DNA of 64,000 nucleotides from Malacoraja senta (GCA_038087875.1 CM075988.1:18416001-18480000), one strand, 5' to 3'. Shown: positions 24,136 through 38,005, numbered from the stretch's first letter. The notes: a model not told the origin generated them from the letters alone. Translations and numbers: made by a program.

Positions 24136-26024
24136 TTTGAAGAGTGCAAAGATTTTGCCACAAAATGGCAGTACAATTTTGCCACAAAATGGCAGTACAA
24201 AGACCACTCCTTGCTCCCGAAAATCAAAACCAGTCAAACTGGTTGTCTGAAGTCTGAAGAAATATCTGAAGAAGGTCTCGACTCAAATCGTCACCCATCT
24301 CTTCTCTCTAGAGATGCTGCCAGTCCAGCTGAGTTACTCCAGCATTTTGTGCCTATCTTTGTTGTAAACTAGCATCTGCAGTTCCTTCCAACACAACCTG
24401 GTTCTTAGCGGTAAACCATCTCACACACCCAGCCAGTCATAGAATATCTGTCCCATTAAAACCTGATAATTGTCCTAATTACTGTATGATCAATGGAGCA
24501 GAGGAGACTGAGGGGTACAAGATCATGAGGGGCATGGATAAAAAGTGAACACACACAGCCTTTCCCCCTTCTCCCCTAAAGGTAGAGCATTCCGAAACTA
24601 GAGGGCATAGGCTTACAGAGAGAGGGGAGAGATTTAAGAGTGGCCTGAGGGGCAACCTTTTCACTCGGAGAGTAGTCTGTATCTGGAATGAGCTGACAGA
24701 GGAAGCTGCAGAAGTGGATACAATTACAAATTTTAGACAATAGACAATTTTATGACATAGTGTTTAAGAAGGAACTGCAGATGCTGGAAAATCGGAACCG
24801 CAGATGCTGGTCAGCATGGACAACGTGGGCCGAAGGGCCTGTTTCCGTACTGTACAGCTCCATAGCAGACAAGGCCTGTTCCGGGCCTGAAGAAAGGTCT
24901 TGACCGGAAACGCCACCTGTTCCTTTTCTCCAGAGATGCTGCCTGTCCCGCTGAGTTACTCCAGCATTTCGGGCCTATCTTCTGTCTCCACACTGTACCG
25001 CTCGATGGCCTGTTTGGGGGCAACATTCTGTTTCCCTGCTCCCTTTAATTGTGTAAGCAATGTTCACCTTGAGGGGGACGAGGCTTGATTAATGATCTTG
25101 ATACAAGGCTGCTTTACGCCACTGGTGAGCCGGCGAGAAAATGAGATTCCAGTTCTGGCATTCGAGGAAGATGCCCACATGATGGGAGGATTGTAGGGAC
25201 AGAGGCACACAGGGGACTGCCAGGGTTCAGTTATGCGCAGTAATTGGAATAGTTACTCCTGCAGACATCCCCAGGGTGCTGAGCAGCAGGGAAACATTAC
25301 GCAGGAGATTGATGAGCAGGGAGGTTGAAGTGGGTAGTGCAACCACAGTCGCTGCCTGCTCTCGAGGTTGTGATATTTGTGTAAAATAGGTCACGTCTTT
25401 AAACCCGTGGAGCATCATCGCAGTGGATTTGTTTTTGTTTTTTTTAAACACTATCGTCCTTTAACAGGTTGAGCTGCTGCCTCACAGCACCAGGGACCCA
25501 GGGACCCAGGTTCGATCCTGACCTTGCATGCTGTCTGTGTGTGGAGCAGGCAGCGATTGTGACCGCGTGGGTTTCCTCCGGGTGCTCCGGTTTCCTCCCA
25601 CATTCCAAAGACGTGCATGTTGGAAGTTTAATTACCTTCTGTAAATTGTCCCTGACGTGCAGGACGGAACTGGGGATTGTTGGTCAGCGTGGACTCAGTG
25701 GGCCGAAGGCCTGTTTCCATGCTGTATATCTGAATGTAAACATACATTCTCCACACAGATTCATGGAGTCATACATCATGGAAACAGGCCCTTCGACCCA
25801 ACTTTCCCACACCACCCAACATGCCCCATCTACACTAGTCCGTCGCACCTGCCTGTGTTTGGCCTATACCACTCTAAATCTGGTTTGAAAGTTAATTGCC
25901 TTCTGTAAAAATTGTAAGATAGAACTAGTGTATGGGAGATTGTGGCCAGCATGGACTCGGTGGGCCGAAGGGCCTGTTTCCTCACTGTATCTCTGAATTA
26001 AAACCAAAAACTAAAACTACAGTC

Positions 26025-26420
26025 CATTCATAAGATCATGTGATAGGAGCAGAATTAGGCCATTCAACCCATCAGGTCTGCTCCACCATTCAATCATGGC
26101 TGATCTATCTATCCCTCCTAACCCCATTCTCCTGCTTTCTCCCCAGAACAATAGACAATAGGTGCAGGAGTAGGCCATTCGGCCCTTCGAGCCAGCACAG
26201 CCATTCAATGTGATCATGGCTGATCATCCCCAATCAGTACCCCGTTCCTGCCTTCTCCCCATATCCCCTGACTCCGCTATTTTTAAGAGCCCTATCTAGC
26301 TCTCTCTTGAAAGCATCCAGAGAACCTGCCTCTGGATGCTTTCAAGATCTCTGCCTTAAATATATCCACTGACTTGGCCTCCACAGACGTCCGTGGCAAA
26401 GAATTCCACAGATTCACTGT
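26025..26420 (-). mobile_element. Nested CR1-type 3' ends of two subfamilies
   Basis: Two tails, (CATAAG)-type and (AATAGAC)-type, each with GGCCATTC...ATCATGGCTGATC. Confidence 0.75.
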
Positions 26421-27181
26421 TCCTTCGCTGGGTCCCTCAGTTGCCAGCCTTTTATAATCTCCCAAGACCTGTTATTTAACTCCAGGTCGGAGCAGTAACG
26501 AGAGTTTAGTATTTCTCAGGCTGACGTAAGTAACCAAGTCAGCACTTTAGGTAGCACCGGGGTTACATGTTAGCAGTGGGAGCATGGAGACATTGCTTGT
26601 AGCACTGTACAGATCCGGCCTGACCCACACCATGTAATTATACGTCTTGAACAGGGCCTCATTTCTCACTGTGACACATTCAATTATCATTCCCATGACC
26701 AGCTGACACCTATTTAAATGCGTTCACGTTTCATTCCACATTTTCTTTAGGGAGAAGAGGCCTGATTGTTCACCTCCGATACTCCAGAAAGTGTTCGGCT
26801 AAACCTGGCCACCTTCCTCTGTGATGCACAGAGGAACCACGGCAGCACGCTCAGTCACAATAATCGCCGTCTGGAATAGGAGTCTATTTCCTTATGTCCA
26901 AAGGAAACAACTCATTAGCTGAGAACTACAAAGTGCTGGAGTGATACAGTGGGGAAACAGGCCCTTCGGCCCAACTTGCCCATACTGGCCAACATGTCCC
27001 AGCTACACTAGTCACACCAGCCTGCGTTTGGTCCATATCCCTTTAAACCTGTCCTATCCATGTACCTGTCTAACTGTTTCTTAAACGTTGGGATAGTCCC
27101 AGCCTCAACTACCTCCTCTGGCAGCTTATTCCATACACCCACCACCCTTTGTGTGAAAAGGTTACCCCTAAGATTCCTATT

Positions 27182-27314
27182 GGGGGTGGGAGATTGCAAC
27201 CTTCACGTGGTCCGCCCTGTTTTGACGAATGCAATCAACCCAGCGTGCACAATCAAATAAGATCAAATAGAACAAGTTGTCCTGCAACTTTAGGCTGTGC
27301 ACGCCATATGCAAG
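27182..27314 (+). mobile_element. 5'-truncated retroelement 3' end, possibly RTE clade, inside a CR1 fragment
   Basis: 12-bp TSD AAGATTCCTATT at 27170-27181 and 27315-27326; ends GCCATATGCAAG(AAG). Confidence 0.55.
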
Positions 27315-28440
27315 AAGATTCCTATTAAATCTTTTCCCCCTTCACCTATGTCCTCAGGTCCTAGATTCACCTACTCTGGGCAAGAGACTCTGTGCATCTA
27401 CCTGATCTATTCCTCTCATGATTATATTCACAGTAGAAACAAAGAACTGCGGATGCTGGTTTACCAAGGAAGGTCAAAATGCTGGAGTAAATCAGCGGGT
27501 CAGGCAACATCGCTGGAGAACATGGATAGGTAATGTTTCAGGCAGAGGGCCTCCTTCAGACTGGGCTGAAGAGTCTGAAGGGTGTCGGTTGGATTGGTTT
27601 CAGTAAATGACCCCCTTGTGTAGTCGAATAGTGGAATATCAGGTTGCCTGGTAAATTAGTTGGGATTACTTTGTGAGCCAGAATAGACTCAAGGGGCCAA
27701 ATAGCCTCTTTACTGTGTGTTGCAATGATCACCCTGATTGGATTCATGCCCAGGGCTACTCAAATTTTAAGCTTTTGCAGATTTACCCACTGCTGACGGA
27801 GCAAGTCTTGCTGCAGATGGTTCCTTATGTGAAGGAATCAAAGTTTAAAACTTCCTCAAAAAAAGGCCATTAAAAAAACATCTCCTCTCTCTCTCTCTCT
27901 CTCTCTCTCAAAAAATCTCTCTCTCTCTCTCACTCACTCTCCCAAAAGCCTCAAAGACTTCAACAAACGCGCCTCTCCCTGGGACGGCTATTGCTTTACG
28001 GAAGTGAGCGCTGGAACGATGGTCCCGAGGGCATGCAGTCCAACGGCTCACCACACACATGTGGCGCGTCGCGGAATGTGAGCAGCACCTCCGAAACACG
28101 GGACGTAGACTAAAGCTTGTTAGTACAGTTGAGGAAACTTTGTTGCATAGCAGAAAAATGCTTTCATGGAGTTTTATGTACGGCAATAACGGCCCCAGAT
28201 GAACTATTAATCCAGAGGCAGCATTTAACTCCCATGGTGCCTGGGGAACCGAAATTCAAGCAATAAATATAGAATTTGAAAAGAATAAACCGGTTTCAAT
28301 AAGAGCGATGGAGTGGAAACACAAACTCCTGTCCAGCGAGGTTGAGTTTGAGTTTAGTTTATTGTCACGTGTACCAACCAGGGTGTGCAGGTTTGTGGGC
28401 TAATTGGCGTCAGTAAAATTGTACATTGTCTGCAGTGTGT

Positions 28441-28681
28441 AATAATAATAATAATAATAATAATAGATTTTATTTATATAGCGCTTTTCAGGACTCAAAG
28501 TCGCTTTACAATTGAGAGTCAGGAATAAACAAAACAAAATAGAGCAGTAAGACAGAGGGGAGGGGAACATGGGACTAAGGGTATGCAGAGGTGAAGAGAT
28601 GGGTCTCGAGGCGAGACTGGAAGATGGTGAGGGACTCAGAATTTCGGACCGGTTGTGGGAGGGAATTCCAGAGCCTGGGAG
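28441..28681 (-). mobile_element. L2-type LINE 3' end with (ATT)n tail, nested in a SINE fragment
   Basis: Reverse complement TGTAAAGCGACTTTGAGTCCTGAAAAGCGCTATATAAATAAA plus (ATT)n; upstream coding remnant APRLWNSLP. Confidence 0.75.
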
Positions 28682-29850
28682 TGATAGTGACGGTGTGCGG
28701 AGCGGTCGCTGGTCGGTGTGGACTCAGTTTCCGCACGCTCTCTCCATTCTAAACACATCCTCGGGTCAGCGAGAGTTATGGCAATGAGAATGTATCGAGT
28801 ATAAAACACACATGCAGGGCAGATAGAGATGAATTGGTAATCTGTGCACAGCGGAGGAGTTCTGAATCAGCACAGGCTCGATGTCAATGAGTCAGAAGCC
28901 ACCAGGTTAACCAGTACCACTCATTCACTCCTTCACAACATTGCCGAGAGAGGGAGAAAGAAAGGAGAGGGGGTCATAGAGTCACACAGCACGGAAACAG
29001 GCCCTTCGGCCCAACACGTCCATGTTAATCAGGATGCCCTATCTGAGGTGATCAAATTCGCCTGCATTCAGCCCCTAAAGAGAAAACGGGGGGGGGGGGG
29101 GGGGGAGGGAGAGAGAAAGGAAAACAGAGAAAGACAGCAAAAGAGAAAGGAAAGGTGAGGAGGGTAAAGATTTAATAGGAATTAGAGTAGTAACTTTTTC
29201 ACACAAAGGGTGGTGGGTGTATGGAACAAGCTGCCGGAGGAGGTAACTGAGGCAGGGACTATCACAATGCTTCTGAAACAATTAGACAGGTACAATGTTA
29301 GGATAAGTTTAGAAGAATATGGGCCAAACGCAGGCAGGTGGGTGTAGTGTAGATGGGACATGTTGGTCAGCTGTGGGCAAGTTAGGCCGAGGGACCTGTT
29401 TCCATGCTGTATGACTCAATGACTATCTCTAAAAGAGAAAGAGGAGGGAAATCAAACAGGGAGAATAAAAGGAGGGGAAAAAATCGACTCAGTCGCAGCC
29501 TAGCTCACATGTCAGTTTATCAAGGAGGCAGAAGATAGATTTTGTGCAAAATTGCAATATATACCAAGGGTCATAGAAGATATATAATGGATGTATTTTG
29601 AGACGGGTTTACTTTTGAAATTCAAGATGCTGAACTAGATTCAGTCTTGGATGTTTGAATGCGTTTTGCTTAGTTTCCATAAGAGTGAATAATACGCAGT
29701 CGCTTGTTTAAGGGAGCATGGATTACAGCGCAGTGCTTTAAGTTTCAATTTTCACTCAGCCCTGACATACAAACTGGGAGAAGGCGCTGTGTGAGACAGG
29801 GAGAAGGGACGATGGGGAGATGCTGCTGACTCTGGCGAGGACTATCTGTG

Positions 29851-30122
29851 TTTAGTTTAGTTTAGAGATACAGCGCGGAAACAGGACCTTTGGCCCACCG
29901 GGTCTGTGCCGACCAGCGATTCCTGTACACTTACACCATCCTACACACACTAGGGACAATTTACAATGATACCAAGCCAAATAACCTACAAAGTTGTACG
30001 TCTTTGGAGTGTGGGAGGAAACTGGAGATCCCGGGGAAAACCCACAGGGGAGAACGTACAAACTCCGTACAGACAGCAGCCGTGGTCAGGATCGAACCTT
30101 GGTCTCTGGCGCTGTAAGGCAG
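29851..30122 (-). mobile_element. HE1-like V-SINE
   Basis: (TTTAG)n tail, core and B box on the minus strand. Confidence 0.85.
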
Positions 30123-30387
30123 AGTGAGGGTCCCAGGCTTTGCAGCCAATTATCTGCAAACACACTGACTGGGAGGCCAGTCACTAACTGCCCCTGCACT
30201 GGCTACAGACTTCTATCATCAGACAGATGGCAGACGAGGTCATTATTTATCTGCCCCAGTTCCAGGAAGTGGTACGAGATAAAGAGCAGTTAAACCACAG
30301 CAATTTCCTCGATTAAACGCAAGTTCTTCTCATTGGGAAATTGGAACAGGAACCATATCAGTGTGTAGTTAGACAATAAACATATTT

Positions 30388-30595
30388 GCATCGAAGGCAA
30401 ACACAAAATGATGGGGTAGCTCAGCGGGCGAGGCAGCTTCTCTGGAGAGAAGGAATGGGCGATGTTTCTTCAGAAGAAGGGTCTCGACCCGAAACGTCGC
30501 CCATTCCTTCTCTCCAGAGATGCTGCCTCACCCGCTCAGTTACTCCAGCATTTTGTGTCTACCTTCAACTTAAACCAGCATCTGCAGTTCTTTCT
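30388..30595. mobile_element. Penelope-derived fold-back insertion
   Basis: Inverted arms around CAGAAGAAGGGTCTCGACCCGAAACGTC; 11-bp TSD TAAACATATTT at 30377-30387 and 30596-30606. Confidence 0.8.
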
Positions 30596-30908
30596 TAAAC
30601 ATATTTACATGATGATTGAAATCTCCAGACGATAACTAGAAGCTGTAAGATGGAAGGCCACATCTCATTGATGGATCCCCAGTGCTTCCTCAGAAGGTGG
30701 AGGAGATTCCAAATATTGAGTTTAAATTTAGTTTATTGTCTTGTGTACCGAGGTACAGAGAAAAGTTTTTGTGTCGTGCTAACCATCAGTGGAATAACAA
30801 TACACGATTACAATCGAGCCATCCACAATGTACAGATACATGATGATGGGAATAATGTGGATAACCTTCAGTGCAAGATAAAGTCCAGTAAAATCTGATC
30901 ATAGTTAA

Positions 30909-31510
30909 AGGCTTGTCTCACGGGTCTGCGGTCATTGGTGGCGAAACGGGAAGAATCTGCCGCCATAGACCGCGCACTCGTGAGAACGTACAATTCCGGG
31001 GCCGTGCGGCGGTGTTCCCAACACCGCACGGTGCTAAAATAAAACCGACAATGTTGAAAACTATAATCTTACCGCACAACCTCCACCAGTGATGCACGAG
31101 TGCGGCACGGCCGTCCGCACGGGCCGCCGCCAGTGTGGCTCGAGCGCCGTGCGTCAAACCTCCACTGCCACAGCCTCCGCCAGTGAGGCACGTGCCTCCG
31201 CCAGTGAGGCACGTGTGCGACACGGCCGCAGGCACAGCCACCGCTACAGCGCCGCGATCAGGACGGCCGCCGCCACAGCCGCCGCTAGTGAGTCACGTGC
31301 GGCGGGCCGACGTCATCGCAGTCGGCCCGCCCTTTTTTTACTTACCGCAAGCACGTGGGACCCGCCGTGTTTGAATTACTCGGCCCCCGCGCAGCATCCG
31401 TGCGGTGCTCCAGTGGATAGACTCGGCGCTCTCGCCGTTGCCGCGCGGTCCCCGCTACCGGCGACGCCGCGCTTCACCGCCGATGACCGCAAACAGGTAA
31501 GACAGAGCCT
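30909..31510. mobile_element. GC-rich Harbinger-like MITE, family D
   Basis: Imperfect ~40-bp TIRs AGGCTTGTCTCACGGGTCTGCGGTCATTGG vs AGGCTCTGTCTTACCTGTTTGCGGTCATCGG; TAA/TTA flanks; splits a LINE 3' UTR-type repeat. Confidence 0.65.
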
Positions 31511-31513
31511 TTA

Positions 31514-31850
31514 GTCTAAGGGTCTCCAATGAGGTAGATAGTAGCTCAGGACTCCTCTCTAGTTGTTGATAGGATGATTCAGTTGCCTGATAACAGTTGG
31601 GAAGAAACTGTCCCTGAATCTGGAGGTGTGTGTTTTCACACTTCTATAGCTTTTGCCCGATGGGAGAGGAAAGAAAAGTGAGTGGCCAGGGTGCGACTCG
31701 TCCTGGATTATGCTGGTGGCCTTGCCAAAGCAGCATGAGGTGTAAATGGAGTCAACGGAAGGGTGGTTGGCTTGTGTGATGGTCTGGGCTGCGTCCACAA
31801 TTCTCTGCAATTTCTTCGCGGTCTTGGATGGAGCTGTTCCCAAACCATGC
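31514..31850 (-). mobile_element. Rex1/Babar-type LINE C-terminal fragment
   Basis: ORF 31559-31843: KKLQRIVDAAQTIT...SIIQDESHPGHSLFFPLPSGKSYRSVKTHTSRFRDSFFP. Confidence 0.8.
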
Positions 31851-33244
31851 CAAACAAATACCCTATTGAATTTCTACAGGTGTACGGTAGAGAGCACATT
31901 AACTGGTTGTATCGTGAACTGGTTCAGCAACTTGTCCACCCAGGAGCACAGGAGATTACACCTTTAAACATTATGATAGTATCTGCCTCAATAACCTCCT
32001 CTGGCAGCTCGTTCCATATACTTACTACCCTTTGTGTAAAAGCATTGTATGTAAATAGTAAATTGCCCCTGGTGTGTAGGATAGTGCTAGTGTACGGGGA
32101 TCGCAGGTCGGCGTGAAAGGCCTATTTCCACATTGTATCTCTACACTAAACTAAACACCCCTGTGTTTAAATGGCACACCATATTCTTAAAGAATTTTCT
32201 TAACGAATCAAGGCGTTAATTTAGCTTTAATCTTGGAATTGAGTTGTCATGTGCTTGATGCCGAGGTCAATCTTTCCCCCCTTACCTTAAACCTTATGGT
32301 CTCTGGTTCTTGATTCCCCGACTCTGGGTAAACTGTGCATTCACACCATCTATTCCCCTCATGGTTTTATACACCTTACGTTCATCTCTAATCCTGTCCA
32401 AGACGTTGGTGAGGCCACGTTTGAGTCCGCACTGCCTTCAGGTTCACATCAAGCTCGGAGAAAGCGGCCAAATCTGCTCAAAGAGGAGGAACAGCCAGGG
32501 ACACAAGGGGGGGGGGGGTCTCAGTTCGAAAGACCAGCGTCAAACCACGAATGAAGTGTGTACAAAGCCCTTCATTGTCCAAGGACACCCTCGGCTGAAA
32601 AGACCATTGGAAAAATATGGCCAGTATTTTCCCCCCCAAAAATCCCCCAAAACGCCGTGTAACAACTTAAGAATGTCACAATAAAACCACAGATACAAGA
32701 CAAGGGAGAATTTCATAAATAACTCAAACTGACCCGGGACTGGTATTCGAACACCCATGATTACAATTTGCAAGCAGCTCCTGCCTAAACTCACAAAGGA
32801 GCGTTTTAATCCTTTCAATACCATTGTGCGTGCAGCTTTAATGCTGCAGCATAGGAAAAGGTAATTACCGCAATACACACTGCACAACTTGGATATCAAA
32901 TACCTTTTCACCAGGGCCTCCACGGAGTCAGTGAACACGGATAAATAAAGACCCTGCATCTGCAGATCACTTAGAGCCTGTACTGCCTGCAGTGCTTTGC
33001 TCTGAAAGGGCTCAGTGGGCCGATTCAAATGCAGATGCCAACCCGAGGTGAAACAAAGCATGCTGGGGCAACAGGACTTGTAAACAACCCAACTGCAGTT
33101 GCTCACGTGTCCCTTTCCACCCAAATCATTCCAAGGATGTACCTCCAGATTCACGGACACTTTCTTCCCAGCTGTTATCAGGCAACTGAACTGTCCTCTC
33201 ACCAACTAGAGAGCGGTCCTGCCCTCCCATCTACCTCATTGGAG

Positions 33245-33427
33245 GTACACAAAAATGCTGGAGAAACTCAGCGGGTGCAGCAGCATCTATGGAGCGAAGG
33301 AAATAGGCAACGTTTCGGGCCGAAACCCTTCTTCAGACTCCGCTCCATAGATGCTGCTGCACCCGCTGAGTTTCTCCAGCATTTTTGTGTACCTTCGATT
33401 TTCCAGCATCTGCAGTTCCTTCTTTAA
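33245..33427. mobile_element. Young Penelope-derived fold-back insertion with hammerhead-like core on the minus strand
   Basis: Core at 33309-33336; near-perfect inverted arms; 13-bp TSD TACCTCATTGGAG at 33232-33244 and 33428-33440. Confidence 0.85.
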
Positions 33428-34194
33428 TACCTCATTGGAGACCCTGGTACTATCTTTTATCAGACTTTAATGGACTTTATCTTGCACTAAACGTTATACC
33501 CATCATCCTGTATCTGTACACTGTGGATGGCGATTGTAATCATGTATAGACTTCTTGCTGACCGGATAGCATGCAGCAAAGCAACATTTCACTGTACCTC
33601 GGTACACTTGACAATAATAGACTAAACCTTAAAACTAACATAGAAACATAGAAAATAGGTGCAGGAATAGACCATTCGGCCCTTCGAGCCTGCACCGCCA
33701 TTCAATATAATGATGGCTGATCATCCAACTCAGTATCCTGTACCTGCCTTCTCTCCATACCCCCTGACCCCTTTAGCCACAAGGGCCACATCTAACTCCC
33801 TCTTAAATATAGCCAATGAACTGGCCTCGACTACCCTCTGTGGCAGAGAATTCCACTGTACCTTGGCAACAGTACACCGCGGATCACATTATCATGGACT
33901 TTTTTTCCAATTGTATATCTTTGCAATGGCTTTTTTTTTTTTTGCTGCAGTATTCATTTTCAATCTGTTAAATGTGCAAGTTAGATATAATTTATGGTTT
34001 TGTATGATGTCCGAGTCCAGATGCCTGTGATGCTGCTGCAAGTGACATTTCCATTGTACCTGTACCTCACCACACAAGCGCATGTGGTAATAAACTTGAC
34101 TTGACCATCCCTCTGTCTCCACAGAAGCTGCCTGATCCGCTGAGTTCCTCCAGCACTTTGTTTTTTTTCCTTGACATTTGCTGACCAACGTTTA

Positions 34195-34562
34195 ACATCG
34201 AAACATAGAAAATAGGTGCAGGAGTAGGCCATTCGGCCCTTCGAACCAGCACCGTTATTCAATGCGATCATGGCTGATCATCTCAAATCAGTACCCCGTT
34301 CCTGCTTGCTCCCCATATCCCCTGATTCCATTAGCCCTAAGAGCTACATCTAACTCTCTGTTGAAAACATCCAATGAATTGGCCTCCACTGCCTTCTGTG
34401 GCAGAGAATTCCTCAGATTCACAACTCTCTGAGTGAAAAAGTTTTTCCTCATCTCAGTCCTAAATGGCCTACCCCTTATTCCTACACTGTGACCCATGGT
34501 TCTGGACTCCTCCAACATCAACAACATTTTTCCTGCTTCTAGCCTGTCCAATCCCTTAAGAA
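34195..34562 (-). mobile_element. CR1/HER1-type LINE 3' end
   Basis: ORF 34288-34551: DRLEAGK...FFTQRVVNLRNSLPQKAVEA...GIRGYGEQAGTGY*; TTTCTATG tail. Confidence 0.9.
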
Positions 34563-36666
34563 ACAGACAGGTACGTGGATAGGACAGGTTTTTGAGGGAT
34601 ATGGGCCAAACGCGGGCAGTTTAAACTAGTGAAGCATGTTGGTCAGTGTGGGCAAGTTGGGCCGAAGGGCTTGTTTCTACACTGTGTCACTCTACGACTC
34701 TACATATGACCCGCCTTGGTGTTGAATATTGCTTGCGGAATCTGTGGAAGACCGTGGGACATTTTACAATGTTAAAGGGTGCAATATAAATACAGGTGGT
34801 TCTGTGGGAAGGATGCAGAGCCTTGCTGAAGCAGAGGGAAGGCCTGGCTTCATCGGCGAAGCTGCTGCCAGGAGAAGCTGGCTGCCACCCAGCCGTGAGC
34901 GAGCCTGTTGACTGATCAGCCCTGCCAGAGTGCCGTCCCCCATGTACTGACCATATGCTGCTGCTTACACCAGGGCCATGTTCAAATGGTTCATACAACC
35001 AAACGGGGGTCATCCCTTAACTCTAACATACTCACTGTGTTGCTTCTGAAACCTCGCACCAATTTCTGCCAAGTGCTAAACACTAAACCCATGAAAAGCG
35101 TCCAGCTCAGTTGCCATGGCGATAAGCAAAGATTTTTGCTTCCCACACCGGACTCTCCAGAGTCTAAATGTTAAAAATCGCGCTGGATAACGGCCCTTGA
35201 TCTTACAATTGGTGCCAATGGCTGAACACCATGTAGTCAACTACCTGGAATCAACTTCGTTATAGAGTCACCGAGCTGTACAGCATGGAAACAGGCCCTT
35301 TGGCCCACCTTGTCCATGCCGACCAAGTTGGCATTCTGGGCTGGATCCATTTGCCTGCATTCGGCCCATATTGGGCTAGTTCAATTTGCCTGCATTTGGC
35401 CCATAGTCATCTAAACCCTTCCTATCTACAAATCTCTCCAAAAAATTGTAATTATGCATCTGCTTCTATATCTTCCCCAGGCAGTTCATTCCCATCACCG
35501 CCGATCCACCAAGTGAAAAAAAATGTTGTCCCCAAGGTCCCTCTTAAATTTCTCCCCTCTCACCTTAACCCGATGTCCTCTCATTTTGGAATTCTCTACC
35601 CGAGGAAAATGACTGAGTATTAACTTTATCCATGGCCCTTTTAAACATTGTAATTGTATCTGCTTCTTGTAGCTTCCTCCAGCATCAGCCAGCTCAGACT
35701 CTCATGCTGAATTCATAGAATCGGTGGTGCCTTTGGCTGCAGTCAGAGAAATATGCCAGTGTATGAATTTAACAAAAGCTCTAAAATTATTCCCAAAATA
35801 TTCAGTGGGATCTCAACCATTGCGAGCCAGCCCAAACTTGCAAACTTGGCATCCAGGTTTCTTCCAACAGCGGTGGGGAACTGGTGGGGATCTTCATGCT
35901 AAGACGTTGGACCATGGGGCAAAAAAGGAAACTTTCAAGTTTGAGATCTAAAGGTTTTTGTTCAGTGGGAATAGAGCGATGCAAGTGAAGAGTAACTCGA
36001 CGGAGATGAGGAACAGTTTACCCATGGTCCAGCAAAGATTAACTCTCCCAAACGGAAGGTGGAACGTGCTAACCATCGTGGCACAGAAGGTTGGCAGTGG
36101 TACAGATCCTCGAACCGCTGGCTCACAACTCGTGGTCCCACCTCAACCCTGACCTCACCTACACCATCTCCCCATGACTACATTCCAACAGCGCTCCAGT
36201 TTCCTCCCACATCCCAATCTGTCGGCTGGAAGATTAATTGGCCACTAGTTGCTGTAGTGGGAGGGGATGGAGGTATAAGGAACCAGGGTGAATAGGTCTC
36301 CCCTATCCCATTAGGCAAGAGGCACAGAAGTTTGAAAAAGCACAGCTCCATATTCAGGGACAGTTTCTTCCCAGCCGTTATCAGGCAACTGAACTATTCT
36401 ATCACCAGCTCGAATGTGGTCCTGATCTCCCATCTACCTCATTGGAGACCTTCAGACTATCTTCAATCAGATGTTACTGGACTTTATCTCACACTTGACG
36501 TTATACCCTTTCTCCTGTAATCTGTACACTGTGGACGGCTTGATTGTAAACATGTCTAGTCTTTTCACTGACTGGATAGCATGCAACAAAAAGCTGCACC
36601 TCAGTACATGTGACAATAATAAACAAACCTAAGCTAATACTCGTCAAAACATTGCAGTCACAGGAA

Positions 36667-36815
36667 GGGTTTCGTCAGGAAGTCTGAAGAAGGGATTCAA
36701 CCCGAAACGTTGCCTATTTCCTTCGCTCCATAGATGCTGCCTCACCCGTGCTTGAGTTTCTCCAGCATTTTTGTGTGCCTATGATTTTCCAGCATCTGCA
36801 GTTCCTTCTTAAAAG
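36667..36815 (+). mobile_element. Penelope-derived short element with hammerhead-like core
   Basis: CTGAAGAAGGGATTCAACCCGAAACGTT at 36684-36711; 14-bp TSD TGCAGTCACAGGAA at 36653-36666 and 36816-36829. Confidence 0.8.
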
Positions 36816-37049
36816 TGCAGTCACAGGAACTCCCCTGACAAGTCCTTCCAGTTACATTTCTTCCTATGGGCCTGTGTAAATCACTGATTCATCACAGGAC
36901 AGTCAAGTGGATTCATTTTATGAATCAGAAACTTTATTTTATGGAATTTTATGGAACCAGCTGCCAGATGAGGTAGTTGAGGCAATGTTCACAAAACATT
37001 TAGACAGGTACATGGATAGGGATAGGCTTGGAGAGACATGGACCAAACG

Positions 37050-38005
37050 TCTTCAGCGTGTGTGTGTGAACGGAAAGAGCTCCAATTGGCATCCAGTGTT
37101 GGGTGGTACACCTCAGGGTACTTGGCCCACATCTGTTTTTGCTTTACATAAACGACATCCATGAAAAAGTCGCAAGCACGACCAGACTATTCGCTGATGA
37201 TTGTTTGCTGTACCGTCCAATTAAGTCAGCTGATGATGAAGGTGCTCTCCAAAAGGACCTCGATACAATGGTTGAGTGGTCACACCAATGGGGCATGCAG
37301 TTCAACCCTTCCAAATGTGAAACCATGCGTGTCACCAGAAAGAGGAATCCAGGCGAAACATCGTACAATGTACTTGGTACCACCCTTGAAGAATCCAAAC
37401 AAACCAAGTATCTTGGCATCAAATTGCAGAATGATCTGCGTTGGAATGGTCAGACTCATCATGCAACGGTGAAAGCAACAGGTGTCCTAAATTTTCTGAG
37501 GCGCAACTTTCATCATTGTTCAACTTCTGTCAAGGAGAAGCTATACTTCACCCTCGTTAGACCTTATTTGGACTACGCAGTTGCAGCATGGGACCCATAC
37601 ACAAATAAAAACATTTCTTCCATCGAACGTGTCCAAAGACAGGCAGCTCGATTTGTTACTAACACCTACGAGAGAGAAGCGAGTGTTACCAAACTTCTGA
37701 ATTCCCTGGGGTGGAACCCTCTCCAAGACAGACGTGAAGCTCACCGTTTGACCTGTTTTTACAAAATGTTAAATGGTCAGCTCGACATAGATTACAAGAC
37801 CTACACCAAACCCAAACCAATTAGGAGCAGACGAGGGCATTCGATCCAATTTGTGATTCCAGCTACCAAGATAGATGTGGACAGCAATTCATTCTTCCCC
37901 CGCACAATTAAAGCATGGAATAATCTCCACCCTACTATAGTTACCCAACCAGATGCAACTAAATTTAAGGTAGCTCTTTCTTCCCAAAAACCCTTTCTGG
38001 CTTAA
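37050..38005 (+). pseudogene. Reverse transcriptase ORF2, C-terminal portion; one frameshift near 37120, then ~295 open codons
   Basis: ORFs 36907-37164 (RLQRVCVNGKSSNWHPVLGGTPQGT) and 37103-38005 join across the frameshift. Confidence 0.9.

Noticed and set aside
30918..31514. Ala/Arg/Pro-rich ORFs suggesting a CpG-island first exon
   Set aside because: They lie within a TIR-bounded MITE.
32540..33205. 221-aa minus-strand ORF
   Set aside because: It starts within a Rex/Babar remnant and has no recognisable motif or supporting exon structure; probably a chance ORF.
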